A DNA stretch of 64,000 nucleotides from Azolla caroliniana (taxonomy: Eukaryota > Plantae > Polypodiophyta): NCBI GenBank assembly GCA_043228905.1, contig JBHGNT010000010.1, forward strand, positions 13,764,001 to 13,828,000, written 5' to 3'. The notes below the pieces were generated by a model. The model did not search any database, was not told the DNA's origin, and saw only the letters and a program-made list of their open reading frames with translations. Of the stretch, positions 1 through 14,583 are shown in pieces. A program made the position numbers and the translations under genes. Each line of letters opens with the position of its first letter. Position 1 is the first letter of the stretch.

Positions 1-1452
1 ACCGCGGGGAGTTGGACGCCGAAGAGGCCGAGGAGCTGTTCGACCGGTTAGGGGTCAAGCTCTCGCTCACCACAGCGTACAATCCGGAGGCGAACGGGAA
101 GGTGGAGCGCGGACACGGACCGATCGTTAAAGCGCTAGTCCATGCATGCGGAGGCCAGGTCAGGAACTAGCCACAGCTGTTACCTTATGCCTTGTGGGCG
201 GACAGGACAACACACAGTTCGGTAATAGGGTTCATGCCGTCAGAGCTCATGTTCGGACAGAAGCCGATCATGCCGATGGAACGTACGATCTCCTCTTGGG
301 CGACAGTGGACTGGAGAGACGAGATGAGCCGGGAAGAACTGCTAGCGGCGCGTATACGGCAGCTCGAGCGGAGGCCAGAGGACGTGGAACAAGCGGCGGA
401 GAGGATGAAGAACAAAGCCCGGTTCGATCGAACGCACCGGCTCCGACCTAAGAAAATCGAGGAAGGCGACTGGGTGCTAGTCTACGACAGCAGCCTCGAC
501 AACCAGCACCGAGCAACACGGAAGTTTGCGAAGCGGTGGTTCGGGCCTTACGTAGTAACGAGCGCCAACGACAACGGGACGTATCACCTGGCGGAACTCG
601 ACGGTACGAGGTTGGCGATGCCGGTAGCAGGGAAGCGGATCAAAGACGACGACGAACCGGATCTAAGAGGCCTGGACAACGAAGACGAACAATCCGAAAC
701 GGAGGACAAACCGATGGACGAAGAAACGGAACCCGGGCCGGTTTCTTCAACCAGAACCCAATTTTGGCGCATACCGGTGGATGCACGGTTAGGTGGGGGC
801 GGATGTCGTGAAGAAAACCGTCCCTTGGTGCAATCGGTGCATAGCGCTCGTGAACCGGCTCTTCACGTGTGCGCACCCTTAATGTAAATAATAGGGAATT
901 AAGTACAAAGGCATATCCGAGAAGTTAGATTCGGTGGGTGGGGAGTAAATGAGGGAGACGACTCCCTTCTTGAAGCTATAAAGGAGAGGGAGACGCAGGG
1001 GAGAAAGCATCACGCATTAAGGCGGACGAAGTGCTGTCAGACCGTAACCGAACGCTTCTCCTCTGTTCGTTCTCGATCGCTCTTCTCTACAGGGTTTCGA
1101 GAGGCTCGAGCTGCTTCGAGGAACGCCCGTGTGCTTCCGGCAGCACCTCCACCCTTTTCTCCCTTTCGTGCGCAGACAAACAGTCATCGACATCTGTTCG
1201 CCGGCCTGTTCGGTTGTAACCGCCCACGCGCTTTGTTGTGTATTTGTGATTCGTTAATATACAAACTTTCGTGTCTCTCTGTCTCCGTGTCCATTCGTGT
1301 TCTCTGCGTTGACGGACCGTGTCCCTGTGTTCTTTGCTCATACGTAACCGGTCGTCTCTCTCTTTCTCTTTCCCCTCCTATCACCTGCTCTTCGGTTCAA
1401 GACCCCGGTGGTCCCGCCTCGTTTCTCCACGCACGCGCGTAGTAACGCGACA
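1..1452 (+). mobile_element. Ty3/gypsy element A1, 3' end (integrase C-terminus, PPT, 3' LTR 804-1452); same family as 8264-15194
   Basis: ORF 192-887 closely matches the integrase end at 13948-14600 (WADRTTHSSV...KRWFGPY). PPT GGTTAGGTGGGGGCGGA precedes TGTCGTGAAG at 804. LTR ends CGCGACA at 1452, where copia RT resumes. Confidence 0.9.
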
Positions 1453-3494
1453 CCGGCTGAAGAAGTCGTTGTACGGCCTGGCGCAAGCCCCTCGAACTTG
1501 GAATGTGAAGATCACGCACCGGTTGCGTAAGATGGGGTTTGTGGCCTCCAAATCGGACTCTTCACTGTTCATCCGGCAAGGCCCAACCGGTCCGGTATGT
1601 ATACTACTGTATGTTGATGATCTAGTCATCACCGGACCGGGTGTTCCAGAAATCAACCATGTCAAGTCCCAGTTGTCAGACGCATTTGAGATGAAGGATC
1701 TGGGGGACCTTCATTATTTTCTTGGGATCGAGGTGATCCGAACCCCGGACGACACATTGCTCTCACAATGACATTACGTCTTGAATATGTTGTACAAGTT
1801 CGGCATGACAGAATGCCGACCTGTATCCACACCCCTAGACCGGAACCAGAAGCTTCGTCCCAACTTCGGACCGGCCTGCAACGAGCAACGGTTCCAACAA
1901 ATTTTCGGAAGCCTTATTTACTTGACTATCACACGACCCGACATCAGCTATCCGGTCGGAATGATAAGTCAGTTCATGCAGAAGCCGACCGTGGAGCACC
2001 TTCAGTGCGCGCAACGGATATTGCAGTATGTCAGCGGCACCAAGGACCGGGCACTGTTATACCGACGGGGTATAACCGAAGAGCTCGTCGGTTACACGGA
2101 TGCCGATTGGGTTGGCGATGCATCAGATCGCCGATCAACCTCTGGTTACATGTTTTCCCTAGGTAGCGCGGCTATTGCGTGGAGTAGCAAAAAGCAGCCA
2201 ACAGTTGCTCTGTCGAGCACTGAGGCTGAGTATCGGGGCGCTACCATTGCCACCTGTGAAGCCATTTGGCTTTGACGACTGCTACAAGACATACGGATCG
2301 AGGTATTGACCCCGATTCTGGTCTACTGCGACAACATTAGCAGCATGCAACTCACCAAGAACCCCGTATTCCATGCTCGCACAAAACACGTAGAAGTGCA
2401 CTATCACTTCGTGCGTGAGCGTGTCCTGAGTGGTGAGGTTGAACTTCGGTATGTTCATACGGATCAACAAGTTGCCGACATCTTCACCAAACCACTCGGC
2501 TCAGACAAGTTGCAGCACTTCACCGAAATGCTTGGTGTTCAGCATCTCGACGTGCCACACTTGAGGGGGAGAACGGGCAAAGGCAAAGAGACTGCCGATT
2601 GCGCCGGTGAGGGAAGAACAGAAGGCGGCAGAGTCAAGAAGGACAGAGCCGACCGAAGGAAGAAGGCCAAGACCCGGACATGGTCCGATGTGGTGAAGGG
2701 CTTGGAACCAAAAGACAAATCGGGAGCAACCAATTCGGACAAGAGCTGGAACAAATCGGAGACAGTCGATTCGGTTCAACAGACAGATTCGGAAGAACCG
2801 GATCAATTCAAGGCCAAGCAGACACGGATGCAGTGGAAGTCGATGCCATCGCGGAGGAACCGACAGATCGACAAGCGCCGGAGTCATAGCAGCGAAGGAG
2901 TTGAGAGGGGCCTATTGAGCAGACATACCGACTGAGAAGATCGAGGCATGCAGAACAAGAGGGGTCACAACAAACAGAACTGGACCGGACGAAGAGCGCG
3001 AGCAAGGCGGAGCGACGCCAGGAGAAGTCGGTTGGAAGAACCGACTACCACAGAGACTGACACTAGGATCCAACCTCAAGTTGAGCTTGAGGGGGAGTGT
3101 TGTGTGGCAAGCTCAACTGGAGTCGGATCGGCTGAATAAGCCTTAGCCGGTAAGCTGTGAGAAACCTAGCCAGCAAGCAACAGAGCCGGTGAGCTGGGGA
3201 GCCGGTTACCCGGATCCAATCAGTAACTGGAAGCCTAGTATTAGTGTAGACTACTAGGCAATTATAGTCTCGTAGTAAGTGTCAGATGCTCGTGTGAGCA
3301 TTGAAGTACGCGGTACTTCTGTCAGTACCACGAGGACTTGTATAAATAATGCTACTGAGCATAGTTGTATGCACAGAGTAATTATATCATTTTTTAATAT
3401 AGCTTTTACGTTGTGCTCTCTTTGTCTCTCCCGCGTACTCTGTGTATTCCCTACTTTCTTTGTTTTCTAACGCTTCCGCAAGTAATCGTTTACA
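1453..3494 (+). mobile_element. Ty1/copia element B1, 3' part (RT, RNase H, C-terminal tail, PPT, 3' LTR 3098-3494); degenerate
   Basis: [69 protein letters not shown] then TGTTG at 3098. LTR ends CGTTTACA like the B2 LTR. Confidence 0.9.
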
Positions 3495-6400
3495 ATAAGG
3501 CTTTCGATGATTTGTCGGAACCGCTTCTCATCGCAAGCCTGTCTGGAGTCGGGACAAAGCTTCTGGTTCCGATCCAGGGGTGTGGAGATCGGTTGGCATT
3601 GCGTCAGGCCGAAATTGTACAACATATTCAACACATAGTGTCTTTGTGAGAGCAATATGTCGTCAGGGGTTCGGATCACCTCGATCCCAAGAAAATAGTG
3701 ACGGTCCCCCAAGTCCTTCATCTCAAATGCGTCCGACAGCTAGGACTTGACTCAGCTGATTTCATCGAGTCCGGGTCCGGTGATGACTAGATCATCAACA
3801 TACAACAAGATTCAAACCGGACCATTCGGACCTTGCCGGATGAACAACGAAGTGTCAGACTTGGAGGCCGCAAACCCCATCTCACACAACCGGTGCACGA
3901 TCTTTGCATTCCAAGTTCGGGGGGCTTGCTTCAGGCCATAAAGTGACTTCTTCAGCTGGCATACCGCCGACTTGTTCATCTCCGACTAAAAGTTGGGGGG
4001 TTGGGTCATAAAGACCTCTTCTTCAAGATTTCCTTGAAGAAATGCATTCTTCACGTCCAGCTAGTGAAGATGTCACCCCCTTGCCACAACAACCGCCAAC
4101 ACCACACAAACCGTCGTCATCTTCGTTACCGAAGCGAAGGTTTCGTCGTAGTCGATTCCGTGGGTCTGCGCATATCCCTTCGCCACTAACCGGGCCTTGT
4201 ACCGGTTAACTGAACCATTGGTATTGTACTTTACCTTGAACACCCACTTACATCTGATCGGTTTACAATGTCGGGGAGGGTCAACTAGGTCCCATGTGTC
4301 GTTGGCATCTAGTGCCCGCATTTCTTCCTTCATAGCGACACACCAATTTGCGTCCTTTGCCGCTTCTGCGTAGCTCTCCGGTTCACACACTTCCGCCACT
4401 TTGGTCATGTACGCATAATGATGCGCCATGTACTCATTGTACCTGTACCGCTTCACGGGGTTCTTCTGGCGGGAAGACCGGTGTAACTTGGTATTACCCG
4501 GTTTGGGGCCCTTCATGGCCAAGTTGGACTTCGTTCCCAAAGATCCGCCTTCATCCTTTCCGAAGTCGCATTCGCTTTGATCCAACTCAACTTTGCTAGT
4601 TTTGTATTCCGACATCTTCTTCTTCCCCTTCTCTTTGCGCGTGAACCGTCTCATCGGTTCCTTGCGCGGGGAGAGCATGACAGAGTCTCCACTACTCGTC
4701 GGTTCCTCATCAACAGGTCATCCCGACTCAACCAATAATCCGTTCCACTTAACCGAAATGATTCCGGACTCACATCTAGAGTCTTGAACCCTTCGTCTTC
4801 TAACTGGACCGGTTCAGGCTCACTAGCCTCATCCTTCGGTATCAGGTCGGGGTCGGAAGTCGGAGCCAATAAGGCATACCATGTTGTCGTCTCATCAAAT
4901 TCAACTTCTCGACTAACTCGGACCTGCTTCCCCTTTTGCTCATGCGAGTAACCGACCAGGATGCATTTCTCCGCCCTCGCATCCAACTTCCTTCGCTTCT
5001 TATCTGGCACATGCACATATGCAATGCTACCGAATATCCGAAGGTGTCTCAAATTCGGCTTGCGCCCGAAATACAGCTCATGTGCTGACACCTTGTCACC
5101 GATCCGGTTTTGGATGTAGACGGCTGTCCGGACCACCTCAGCCCCAGTAGAATTTGGGCATGCTCTTCTCCTCCAACATCACCCTTGCCGCGTCGATAAT
5201 CGATCGGTTCTTCCTTTCGGCCACACCGTTTTGCTCCGGTGTGTATCTACAGCTGAACTCTTTGCGAATTCCTTTTTGCTGTAGATAATTGTTGAATTGG
5301 CCAGAAAAATATTCTTTCCGCCATCCGACCGCAGGCACTTGATCTTCGTCTCCGTTTCCCATTCAACCAGGATTTGCAAGTTCCGGAAACACTCAAAGAC
5401 TTCACTCTTCCGCTTAATGAGGTAGATCCATGTGTGCGAGTTGTAGTCGTTGATGAAGGAGACGAAATACCGACTCCCGCCAAGACTAACGTTTTGTGCC
5501 GGTGCCCATACATCCGAATGGATTAAGTCAAGCTTGTGATGGCTCCGGTTTCGATCGGTGGGGAATGGAAGCCGGTGTTGCTTCCCAAGTTGGCAGGCTT
5601 CACAAATTCGGCCTTTCGGCAAACCGAAAACGACTTGTTTCGATTGCAGGTCTTGAAGCGTCCGATAATTGACAAGGCCGATCCGCTTGTGCCAGAGATC
5701 GATGTCCGATTCAATCTTCTGTCCTTTGGCGAGCAAAGCGGTGCCGACGTCATTGGTGTCGAGGATGAACATCCTCCCATCTCTGCGCCCTCTTCCTCGA
5801 TGAAGCACCTGAGGTGTGTAAACCGCACCTGCATCCCCTGGTCAATGATCTAGCTGACTACACCAGGTTCTTCGTGATAGTCAGAACGTGTAATACGTTC
5901 ATCAGCTTCCCCCTCTGTCTGACGTGGCTCAAAGGGACTTCTCCGACATGCACGATTGGGTGAGGAGTGTTGTCTCCGGTTTCGACGACTCCCGGTTGTT
6001 CCGGTTTCTCCAAGAAAGAGAAGAACTCTCTTTGGCTCGTCATGTGATTCAACACACCGGAATCAACGTACCAGACTTCCTCCGATTTGGAAGTGGTCTT
6101 CTTCATCGAGTTAGCCTTGTGTTTCATTACCAAGGCTGGCCCTTTACCGACTGGCTTTTCCGGTTTTGGATCCTCTTGATCCTTTTGCGTAGTGCGAGTA
6201 TTGCCGGTTCTCTCTATCGGCCTTGCCGGATCCGGATTTTTCTGAATCAGCGCGCTTCTTCCAGCACTCACTTTCTCTATGGCCCTTTTTACCACAATAC
6301 CAACATTCCGTGTCGGCCTTTGCTTGTTGGCCTCCGGTGCCACCTTGACTCCCCCTGCTTGTGGAGGGTCCGGAACTGCTGTTGGCACGTTCTCTGTGTC

Positions 6401-7796
6401 TTCGGTCCTGCTCTTGCCGGCCGCTACCATTGCGAGCTAACCCACCTCGTCCACCACGCCCATGGGGTCGATCCGCCTCCATGTACAACATTCGGCTATC
6501 GGTTGGTGCACTTGTTGACGCACCGGCGTGGTTCTCCTCTACAAGGAGCATCGACTGTAAGTCGAAAAATGACGGCGTATTCTCCCTTGTACATACCGTT
6601 GTTCAGAACGCACTGAACTTAGACGCTAGGCCCCCAAGACCGATCTGCACCATCTCATCTTCCTCTACAGTGACGCTGATAGAGGCAAGTGAGTCACGGA
6701 TCTCTTTGATTTAGGCCATGTAATCGGTTACCGACATGTCCTTTTGTCGGACATTGCTCAACACCTGTCGGAGTTGCAGCTTCTGGGCCGTAGTGCTTGC
6801 CGCAAAAACCTTCTTCAAGTTTCCCCAAGCTTCTTTTGGCGTCTTGGCATCTCTGACATGGCTCAGCAGTTGGTCTCCGACACTGGACGCAAAGCAGTAC
6901 ATCACTCTACTTGCCGCCTGTTCCCACACTAGGAAGTCCTTGTGTGCCGCATCAGGTGTTTTGTCGTTAGCTCCGTCGACATAGCTCCAGTAACCATGCC
7001 CAAGCAAGTACTGGTGCATCTTGTATGACCAAGATGAATAGTTGGATCTGTCAAGCTCCCCCACCGGGAGCGAGCTAGCCATTCCTCTGTTCATCACTTC
7101 TCTTTCTGTTCTTACCTGGTCTTAGGGTTTGTCTTCAAATGTTGATGTCGGCTGCAGAGGTTCTCAACCCTCGCGCTCTGATACCATACCATGTAAACGA
7201 AGTTGCAAAAGAGTTAGACAACTGGCTTGGACGGATAACAAGAGAGAGAGAGAGAGATTAACACACAGAGTGTATGCGGGAGAGACAGAGAATGAGCAGA
7301 ACGTTCAAAATCTATTGCAAAACAATAATAGTTCTTTGTACATACAATGTGCTTAACAACACTATTTATACAATTCCTAAGAGGACTAACAGAAGTACGG
7401 TGTACTTCAATGCTCGCACGAGCGTCTGACACTAACTACGAGAAATTAACTACCTAGTAGTCTAGATTGCTACTAGGCTTCCGGTTACTGCTGGATCCGG
7501 CTAACCGGCTCCCAAGCTCACCGGCTCACCGATCCGGCTCATCCTTCTGGATGCCGTTCGAACCTGTAAAGCCAACAAAAATCTTCGATCCTGGGAGAAG
7601 CCGTATGAGGCGGAAGCTTCACGTACGGTTTTGAAGCCGAGCCTTTCCAGCAGCAATGGAGCGGCTTAGGTACCGATATGATGATTGGTTTAGGCACCAA
7701 TTTTCGGGCCAATTCCCTTTCAATGCTACCCAAAAATGAAATTCTAGCTCAGGCTTATTCAGCCGATCCGGATCCAATTGAGCTTGCCGCTCAACA
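3495..7796 (-). mobile_element. Ty1/copia element B2, 5' part (5' LTR 7192-7796, Met PBS, gag, PR, INT, RT), interrupted by B1
   Basis: gag 6711-7097, zinc knuckle CWYCGKKGHRESEC, protease WYVDSG, integrase LWHKRIG/CEACQLGK/HSDVW/QNGVAERKN, RT KARLVAKGY. PBS TGGTATCAGAGC on - at ~7175-7186. Confidence 0.9.
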
Positions 7797-8917
7797 GACA
7801 CTAAACGTAGAAGAAATTAATATGTTGGAAGGTCTGGAGGATACATAGGTGGAAGCGTACCTCGACGAAAACCCGCGGATAATATCATTATTCGAAATTG
7901 ACGGCCTCGAGGCCGTTAGTGAGTACGCCCCAGGAAGAGGAATACGAACCTGACCCCGCGTCTATGTTGGAGCTAAGCAGAGCATGAGAAGTGTTCAAGA
8001 AGGAAATGGAAATCTCGCGATGGGTTACCGCGTTTACATTGGAGGAGATTAATGTCGGAACCACGAAGGTTCCACGGTTTCTCTCAATCGCCAAATGAGA
8101 AAATGGCCATGATGGAGCTACTCTAGGAATTTAAGGATGTCTTCGCCTGGTTCCATGAAGACATGAAAGGGCTAGACCCGAAATTTTATCAACACAAGAT
8201 TAACTTAGCCACATATGCGAAACCGATGCAGCAGAGACGCTATCGCATGAACCCAAATTACGTTGTCGTGAAGAAAACCGTCCACAAGCGGAATCGGTGC
8301 ACAGGAGCGTAGGAACCGGCTCTTCTCGAATGTTGTCCATAGAAGATCCTAGGCGGGTAGATTTAGTGGGTAGGAAGTAAAGGGGAAACGACTCCTTCCT
8401 TGCCTATAAAAGGGAGGGAGACGAGAAGGGTGGGGGATCGCGCAGAGTCGAGGACGAAGTGCTGTCGGTTTGCGTGCGAAGGCTTCTCTCTCTCTCTCTG
8501 GTTCGCAGACTCCATAGCTCCTTCTGTGCAGGTTTCGGGAGGCTCGCGCTGCTCTGAGGAATGCCCGAGTGCTTCCGGCAGCACCTCCAACCTACTCCTT
8601 CCTTTCTGTGCGTTTACGAACAGGTATCGGCATCTGTTCGCCGGCCTGTTCGGTTGTAACCGACTTCGTGTTTTGTTGTCTGTCTTTGTTAATACATACA
8701 TACATTCGTGCCTCTCTGTGTCGTTGTCCCACTCGCGTCTTTGTGTCGAAGGGCCGTGTCCCTGTGAATTTACTCTCACATGTAGTGGGTCTCTTTTCTT
8801 TTCTCTCTTGCTCTTTGGTATAGGACCCCCGAGGTCCCGCCTCATTCCACGCATCCGCGAGGAATACCTCAACATCTTGGTGAACCCGACGTGAAGGAGG
8901 CGGCAGAAGAGCAGAAG

Positions 8918-11020
8918 ATGAAAGGGTCGGATCTTGCAGAGGCCATGGCTTCGGCCGTGGATCGGATACTGAGCGCACGCGAGGGCTCCGACGCCCTCGA
9001 CAGAGCCATTGAGGCGGTCGTCGGTACGATCGGCCGGTTCAGCGGAAAGGATGCCACAAAGTATTTGGCGTCCGACGGGGCAGAAATGCTGATGCGGGAC
9101 ATTCTGGAAGAGAGGCGTCTTGCCGGGTTTCCTCGAGTGGCGATGCCGAGCATCCATGCGGAGGTGCTCGAGGTGCGGGCGGAGAGCCGTACCTGAGAGG
9201 AGTTCGAAGGCCGACTCCTGGAAAAATACGGGTTGGACGACGCGCTCCGGCTTTCGAAACGAGACTTCATGGAAAGGGTGGAGTCCCCCGGCAAGGGAAG
9301 AAACGCGTCGGCACTCCTCCGGGAGTTCGAAGAACGCTTTGCGCGCCTTTCGGCGCTTGACCGAACCGTTCTGGATACGAGCCGGGTCCTATTGTTCGTC
9401 AAGTCGGTGGACGAGCGGGACAGAGATCAAGTCGGCTCCTTGCTGGAAACCGAAGACGGGCTGACAACCGACTGGGCTGCGCTTAAGAGAGTCTGTGGCC
9501 GTTTCGACAAACGGCGAGAATGGGCTGACAACGGGGCGGCCGGTGCGGGCTCTTTCACAACAAGGAGGCTTGAACCGGCCCTGCAAGTGCGAAGGGAAGA
9601 AACCCGGGAACGGCTCGAAACCGGTCCGGCTTCGACCGGCATGGTCAATGGCTCGTCCGGAGGAGCAGCGCTGGAGGAGTTGACGCGGGCGATAAAGGAT
9701 CTCCAGATCGCCCAGACTCGAAGGGAAGGCGGCGAACCGGCTCGTGACCGACGGCTGGCGGCGGGGAACAGGTGCATGTGGTGCGACGAGGTCGGCCACA
9801 TTCGGAAGGACTGCGGCGATTTCGCAGAGGCGTTGAGGAACCGGGTGCACGCTGGCAACACCAGGAGGGCCCTGAACCGAAACGACGGGCGAGGAGGTAT
9901 GAAGAGACTGATGGAAGAGGCAGCGGCCCGACACGTAGAGGCCATCCACTACTCGGCGTCGGCCGGAATTCGGGTCGGGGGCAACGAGGCCCGAACAGAG
10001 GGCAAAGACGGATTCTGGTTGGCAATGCTGGAAGGTCTTGCCGGCGCACGACTAAGGAAAGATGAAACGGACCGCGCTGAGAGACGGGTCCGGGAAATAA
10101 CCGGGTGGAGCGATCCGGTCGAGGAGAAGACGGGCTTCGTAGAAGCCGCCTGCCGGAACTACGAGGCTCTGGTAGAAGACAAACGAGTGGGGAAAGCCGG
10201 AGCGGCCGGGCCCTCACAACGGTACGAGACCTGATTCGGGCAACGACGGAACGATGCCGGCGGGTCCAGCTCGCAAGATAACCCCAGGAAGGGCGGATAC
10301 CGACTGGGGACGGAGATAGAAAGGACTACGGACCTACGAAAGGTCCTAGAAGAACAGATCCTCGACAGCAAAGTGGAGCTGTCATTGCGAGAGGTGTTAG
10401 GGATCGCCAAGAAGGAGTTCCACGACTCCATTGTAGACCTGGTGAAACGGAAGAGGCTGTCGACGGAGACGGAACCGGAAAGACCGGTAGAGGTGCGGAC
10501 GACGCACATCGACGACTCGGCGTTGGCAGATGAGTGGGCGGAGAGCCACTATTCGAGGCCACACTGGGCCCGAGCGACCACGGAGACCCCGGTAAAGATC
10601 GGAGATGTTCAGGAACCGGTGGTGGCGTTGGTGGACCACGGTTCGGAAATAAACCTGATGTCCATGGACTTCTATAAGAAGGGGAAGTGGCCGATCAACA
10701 CCAAGCACGGGTGGAAGATATGGGCGGCGACGCGCGCCACCGAGGAACTGCATGGGGCCTGCCCGAACGTGCGAGTCAAGATCAGCGACGTCGAGATTGA
10801 CCAGCACTTCTTCGTACAGGAGACGTCTTCGCACCCGGTCATATTAGGTGAACCATACATCACGGCGGCGCGAATGGAGACCAAGGTGCTAGACAACGGT
10901 TCGGCCTACGCAAGGGTCAAAAGACAGGACGGGCGCCATTCGGTCCAATTTCTGACCGTGAGACAGAACCACGAGAGGAACCGCGAATCCCTCGGTGGCG
11001 AGAACCGGGAGGATTTTTAG
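8918..11020 (+). pseudogene. A2 gag-protease ORF with two premature stops (9194, 10232)
   Basis: ORFs 8891-9196, 9233-10234 and 10373-11020 share one frame. CMWCDEVGHIRKDC knuckle; ALVDHGSEINLM aspartic protease. Confidence 0.88.
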
Positions 11021-14000
11021 AGAGGGCTGCCAAGGCGTGGGGCCGAGACAGTCCGGACACTCGGGAAAGACCCCACAACTGTACGATAGAACCGAAACCG
11101 AAGAAACCTTGTACGATAGGTAGAAAATTCTGCTTCTCCGGCAACGGAGGGTGTATGATAGTCGGCATCGTTGGCCGAGAAAGGGCAAGGGCGGAGGAGC
11201 GACTTCGAGCGTGCGGAGTTCTCGGCCCGGACGAGGAAATCAGCGGGGCCGTGGAGGCGGTCTCCTTCGACGACACCTTGGGGATGCTGAGGAAGGTAGC
11301 CGGAGAAGACCTGAACGAAGACCAGACGATACCGGTATGTTCCGAAGAGATGTACGAAGTAATCGCAAACTTCAGTCGGGGGCTCGGGTCGGATCGGACG
11401 GCCCGGGTTAGCACGAAGTACAAGACTGTGGACCGGAAGGTAAGGCCCGTCGCGGCACCCTTACCAGAGGGCAGCGAGTCCCGAATCAGAGGGGTTGCAT
11501 CGGACCCCAGTTTACGAGATCCGGCCTGCATAGGACACACCTTCACCGACGGGACGCTCCGAGAGCTCAAGATCGGTGGGGGCGGGTTCCTACTGCCGGC
11601 GGAGGAAAACCGGTTTCGGAGAATGCTCGGAAGGCACGGGAAAGCCTTCACGTTTTCACCGGAAGAGATCGGGTGCGTAGACCCGACGATTGTGGAGCCG
11701 ATGGTGATATTCACGGTACCACATGTGCCGTGGAATCTCAAGCCGATTCCAGTACCGAGAGCCCACATCCCGAGGTTGATGGAGCTATTGAGGCAAAAGG
11801 TCGATATGGGCATTCTCGAACCGTCGAGTGCCCCATACTCGAACCGATGGTTTACCGTACCAAAGAAAAACGGAACATTGCGCTTCATTCAGGACATGCA
11901 GCCGGTCAACAGAGTGACCATTCGGAACACAGGAATCGGACCGACCATAGACGAGTTCGCAGAGGCCTTCGCCGAAAGGTCGATTTACTCGGTCCGTGAT
12001 CTGTACTCGGGGTACGACCAGTTCCAGCTAGCCGTGGAGAGCAGAGACATTACGACGATGCGAACCCCCCTCGGCCTAGTGCGAATGTGTACCCTGCCAC
12101 AAGGAGGGACCAACTCGGTGGCCCACATGGTGAATGCAATGAACAAGGTACTGAGGGATTGCATCCCGGACATCACCATGTCGTTTCTAGACGACATCCC
12201 TATCAAAGGGTGCCCGGTGGAGGAGAAGGACGAGACAGTCGGGCCGGACGGATGCCGGCGATTCGTGGCGACACACATCGACGACTGCGAGAAGGTGCTA
12301 CAGAGGCTAGAGGAAGCGAGGCTCACCTTCTCCGGGGAGAAATCGGCCTTCGGGCAATCGGAAATCCTGGTGGTCGGACACCTATGTGGACCATATGGCC
12401 GGAAGCCGTCTCCGGCAAAGGTAGAAGCCATTTCCGCGATGAAGACCGGCTGTAGCTCGGTTACAGAAGTTCGGAGGTTCCTGGGGGCATGCGCATTCTA
12501 CCACATATGGATCCCGCATTACGCCCACGTTGCGGAGATGCTATACGGGTTGCTGAAGAAAGGGCGAAAATTCGAGTGGCGAGACGAGCACACGGAGTCG
12601 GTCCGGAAGCTGAAGGAAGCTCTTGCGGCAGCACCGGCGCTCCGGAAGGCTGTCTACGAGAAGGGTACCTAGGTATACATAACGGTGGATACGAGTCCGA
12701 CCGGGATCGGATGGGTCGTCAACCAAGAAGACGGGGACGGCATTCGATTCCCGATCCAATTCGGCGCGAAGGTCCTCAGTGAACGACAGCGAGGGTACGC
12801 CCAGGTTAAACGCGAACTCTGGGGTATCGTTTCGGCAGTAAAGGCCGACAAAGACTACCTGATCGGGACAGAAGTGGTTATCGAGACGGATTGCCTGCTG
12901 ATTCTCGGCATGGTTTCCGGATGCGCGACACTGGACCTGGCGATGCTCAGGTGGATAGCGTACATCAAGTCCCTGGACCCGGAAATACGACACATTTCCG
13001 GAAAAGACAACGCCATGGCCGACATGCTTTCGAGGGCGAGGTTTGATGACGAGGACAGCATGGTTTCGGAGGACGAAGAAGTCGGCGTGTACTTCTTCGA
13101 GGAGGCGTACGTGACGACTGATGGGGCGAGCACTCCGGCACTTAACGGCTTCGACGAGAGCAAGTACGACGGCGAGTGGCTCCAGATCGGTGGGTTTTTT
13201 AGGACAATGACGCCGGATGCGTCATGGACGAGGGACGAGGCAAACCGGATCCGGAAGAAAGCATACCGATTCTTTCTCCGGGACGGATACTTATGGAAGC
13301 ACCCGAAGAAGAGGAACGGCGTCCCGCTCCGGGTGGTGGCGATGAAGGAAGAACAGGAGCTGCTGACGGCCTACCACGACAGCCCTTGGGCTGGACACCG
13401 TGGAACGTGGGCCACGTTCGAGAAGATAAAGGGGAAGTACTGGTGGCTGGGACTGTACCGGGACGTGCATCGGTTCGTGACAACTTGCGAGAGCTGTCAG
13501 ATGCACTCCATAGTCCGACATCGGGACGAGCTTCACCCTACGTACCCTCCGACCATCCACTTCAAATGGATGGTAGATCTGGTGACGATGCCGATGGGAG
13601 TAGGACAGATGTGGTATCTGGTCCTGGCTCGGGAAGATCTGACGAACCAGGTAGAAGGCCGAGCCCGTCAGAACAAATCGACCGCGGCCGTGTGTCGGTT
13701 CCTGATAGAGGTCGTGATATGCCGGTACGGGTGCGTCGGGAAGATCGTGGCTGATCGCGGGGAGTTGGACGCCGAAGAGGCCGAGGAGCTGTTCGACCGG
13801 CTAGGAGTCAAGCTCTCGCTTACCACTGCGTACAATCCGGAGGCGAATGGGAAGGTGGAGCGCGGACACGGACCGATCGTCAAGGCGTTAGTTCGGGCAT
13901 GCGGAGGTCAAGTCGGGAACTGGCCGCGGCTGTTGCCTTACGCGTTGTGGGCGGACCGAACTACGCACAGTTCGGTAACCGGATTCATGACGGCAAAACT

Positions 14001-14583
14001 CATGTTTGGGCAGAAGCCGGTCATGCCGATGGAACGTACGATCTCCTCGTGGGCAACCGTGGACTGGAGAGACGAGATGAGCCGGGAGGAACTGCTGGCG
14101 GCGCGTATACGACAACTCGAGCGAAGACCGGAGGACGTGGAGCAGGCTGCGGAAAAGCTTCGGGAAGCAAGGGTGAGGAACAAAGGCCGGTTCGACCGAA
14201 CGCACCGGCTCCGACCGAAGAAGATCGAGGAAGGCGACTAGGTGCTAGTCTACGACAGCAGCCTTGACAACCAGCACCGAGCGACACGGAAGTTCGCGAG
14301 AAGGTGGTTCGGGCCTTACGTGGTACAAAGCGCCAACGACAACGGGACGTACCATCTGGCGGAACTCGACGGTACGAGAATGGTGATACCGGTAGCGGGG
14401 AAGCGGATCAAAGCGTTCAAGAAGCGTCATGACGACGAGCCGGATCCGTTGGCCTGGACCGCGACGACGAACGATCCGAAACCGAGGAAGAACCAACGGG
14501 CGGGGAATGAAGGCTGGACCGGTTTTCTCCGTCCCAACTCAATTTGGCGCATGCCGGTGGATGCGCGGTTAGGTGGGGGCGGA
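11011..14583 (+). pseudogene. A2 pol (RT, RNase H, integrase) in the -1 frame, with stops at 12670 and 14239
   Basis: RFIQDMQPVN, DLYSGYDQ, LPQGGTNS, FLDD, DTSPTGIG, H-H-C-C zinc motif, ADRGE, NPEANGKVERGH, WFGPY. Confidence 0.9.

Noticed and set aside
8363-10217. Long antisense and alternative-frame ORFs over A2 and other elements
   Set aside because: Shadow ORFs of GC-rich retroelement sequence with no independent motifs.
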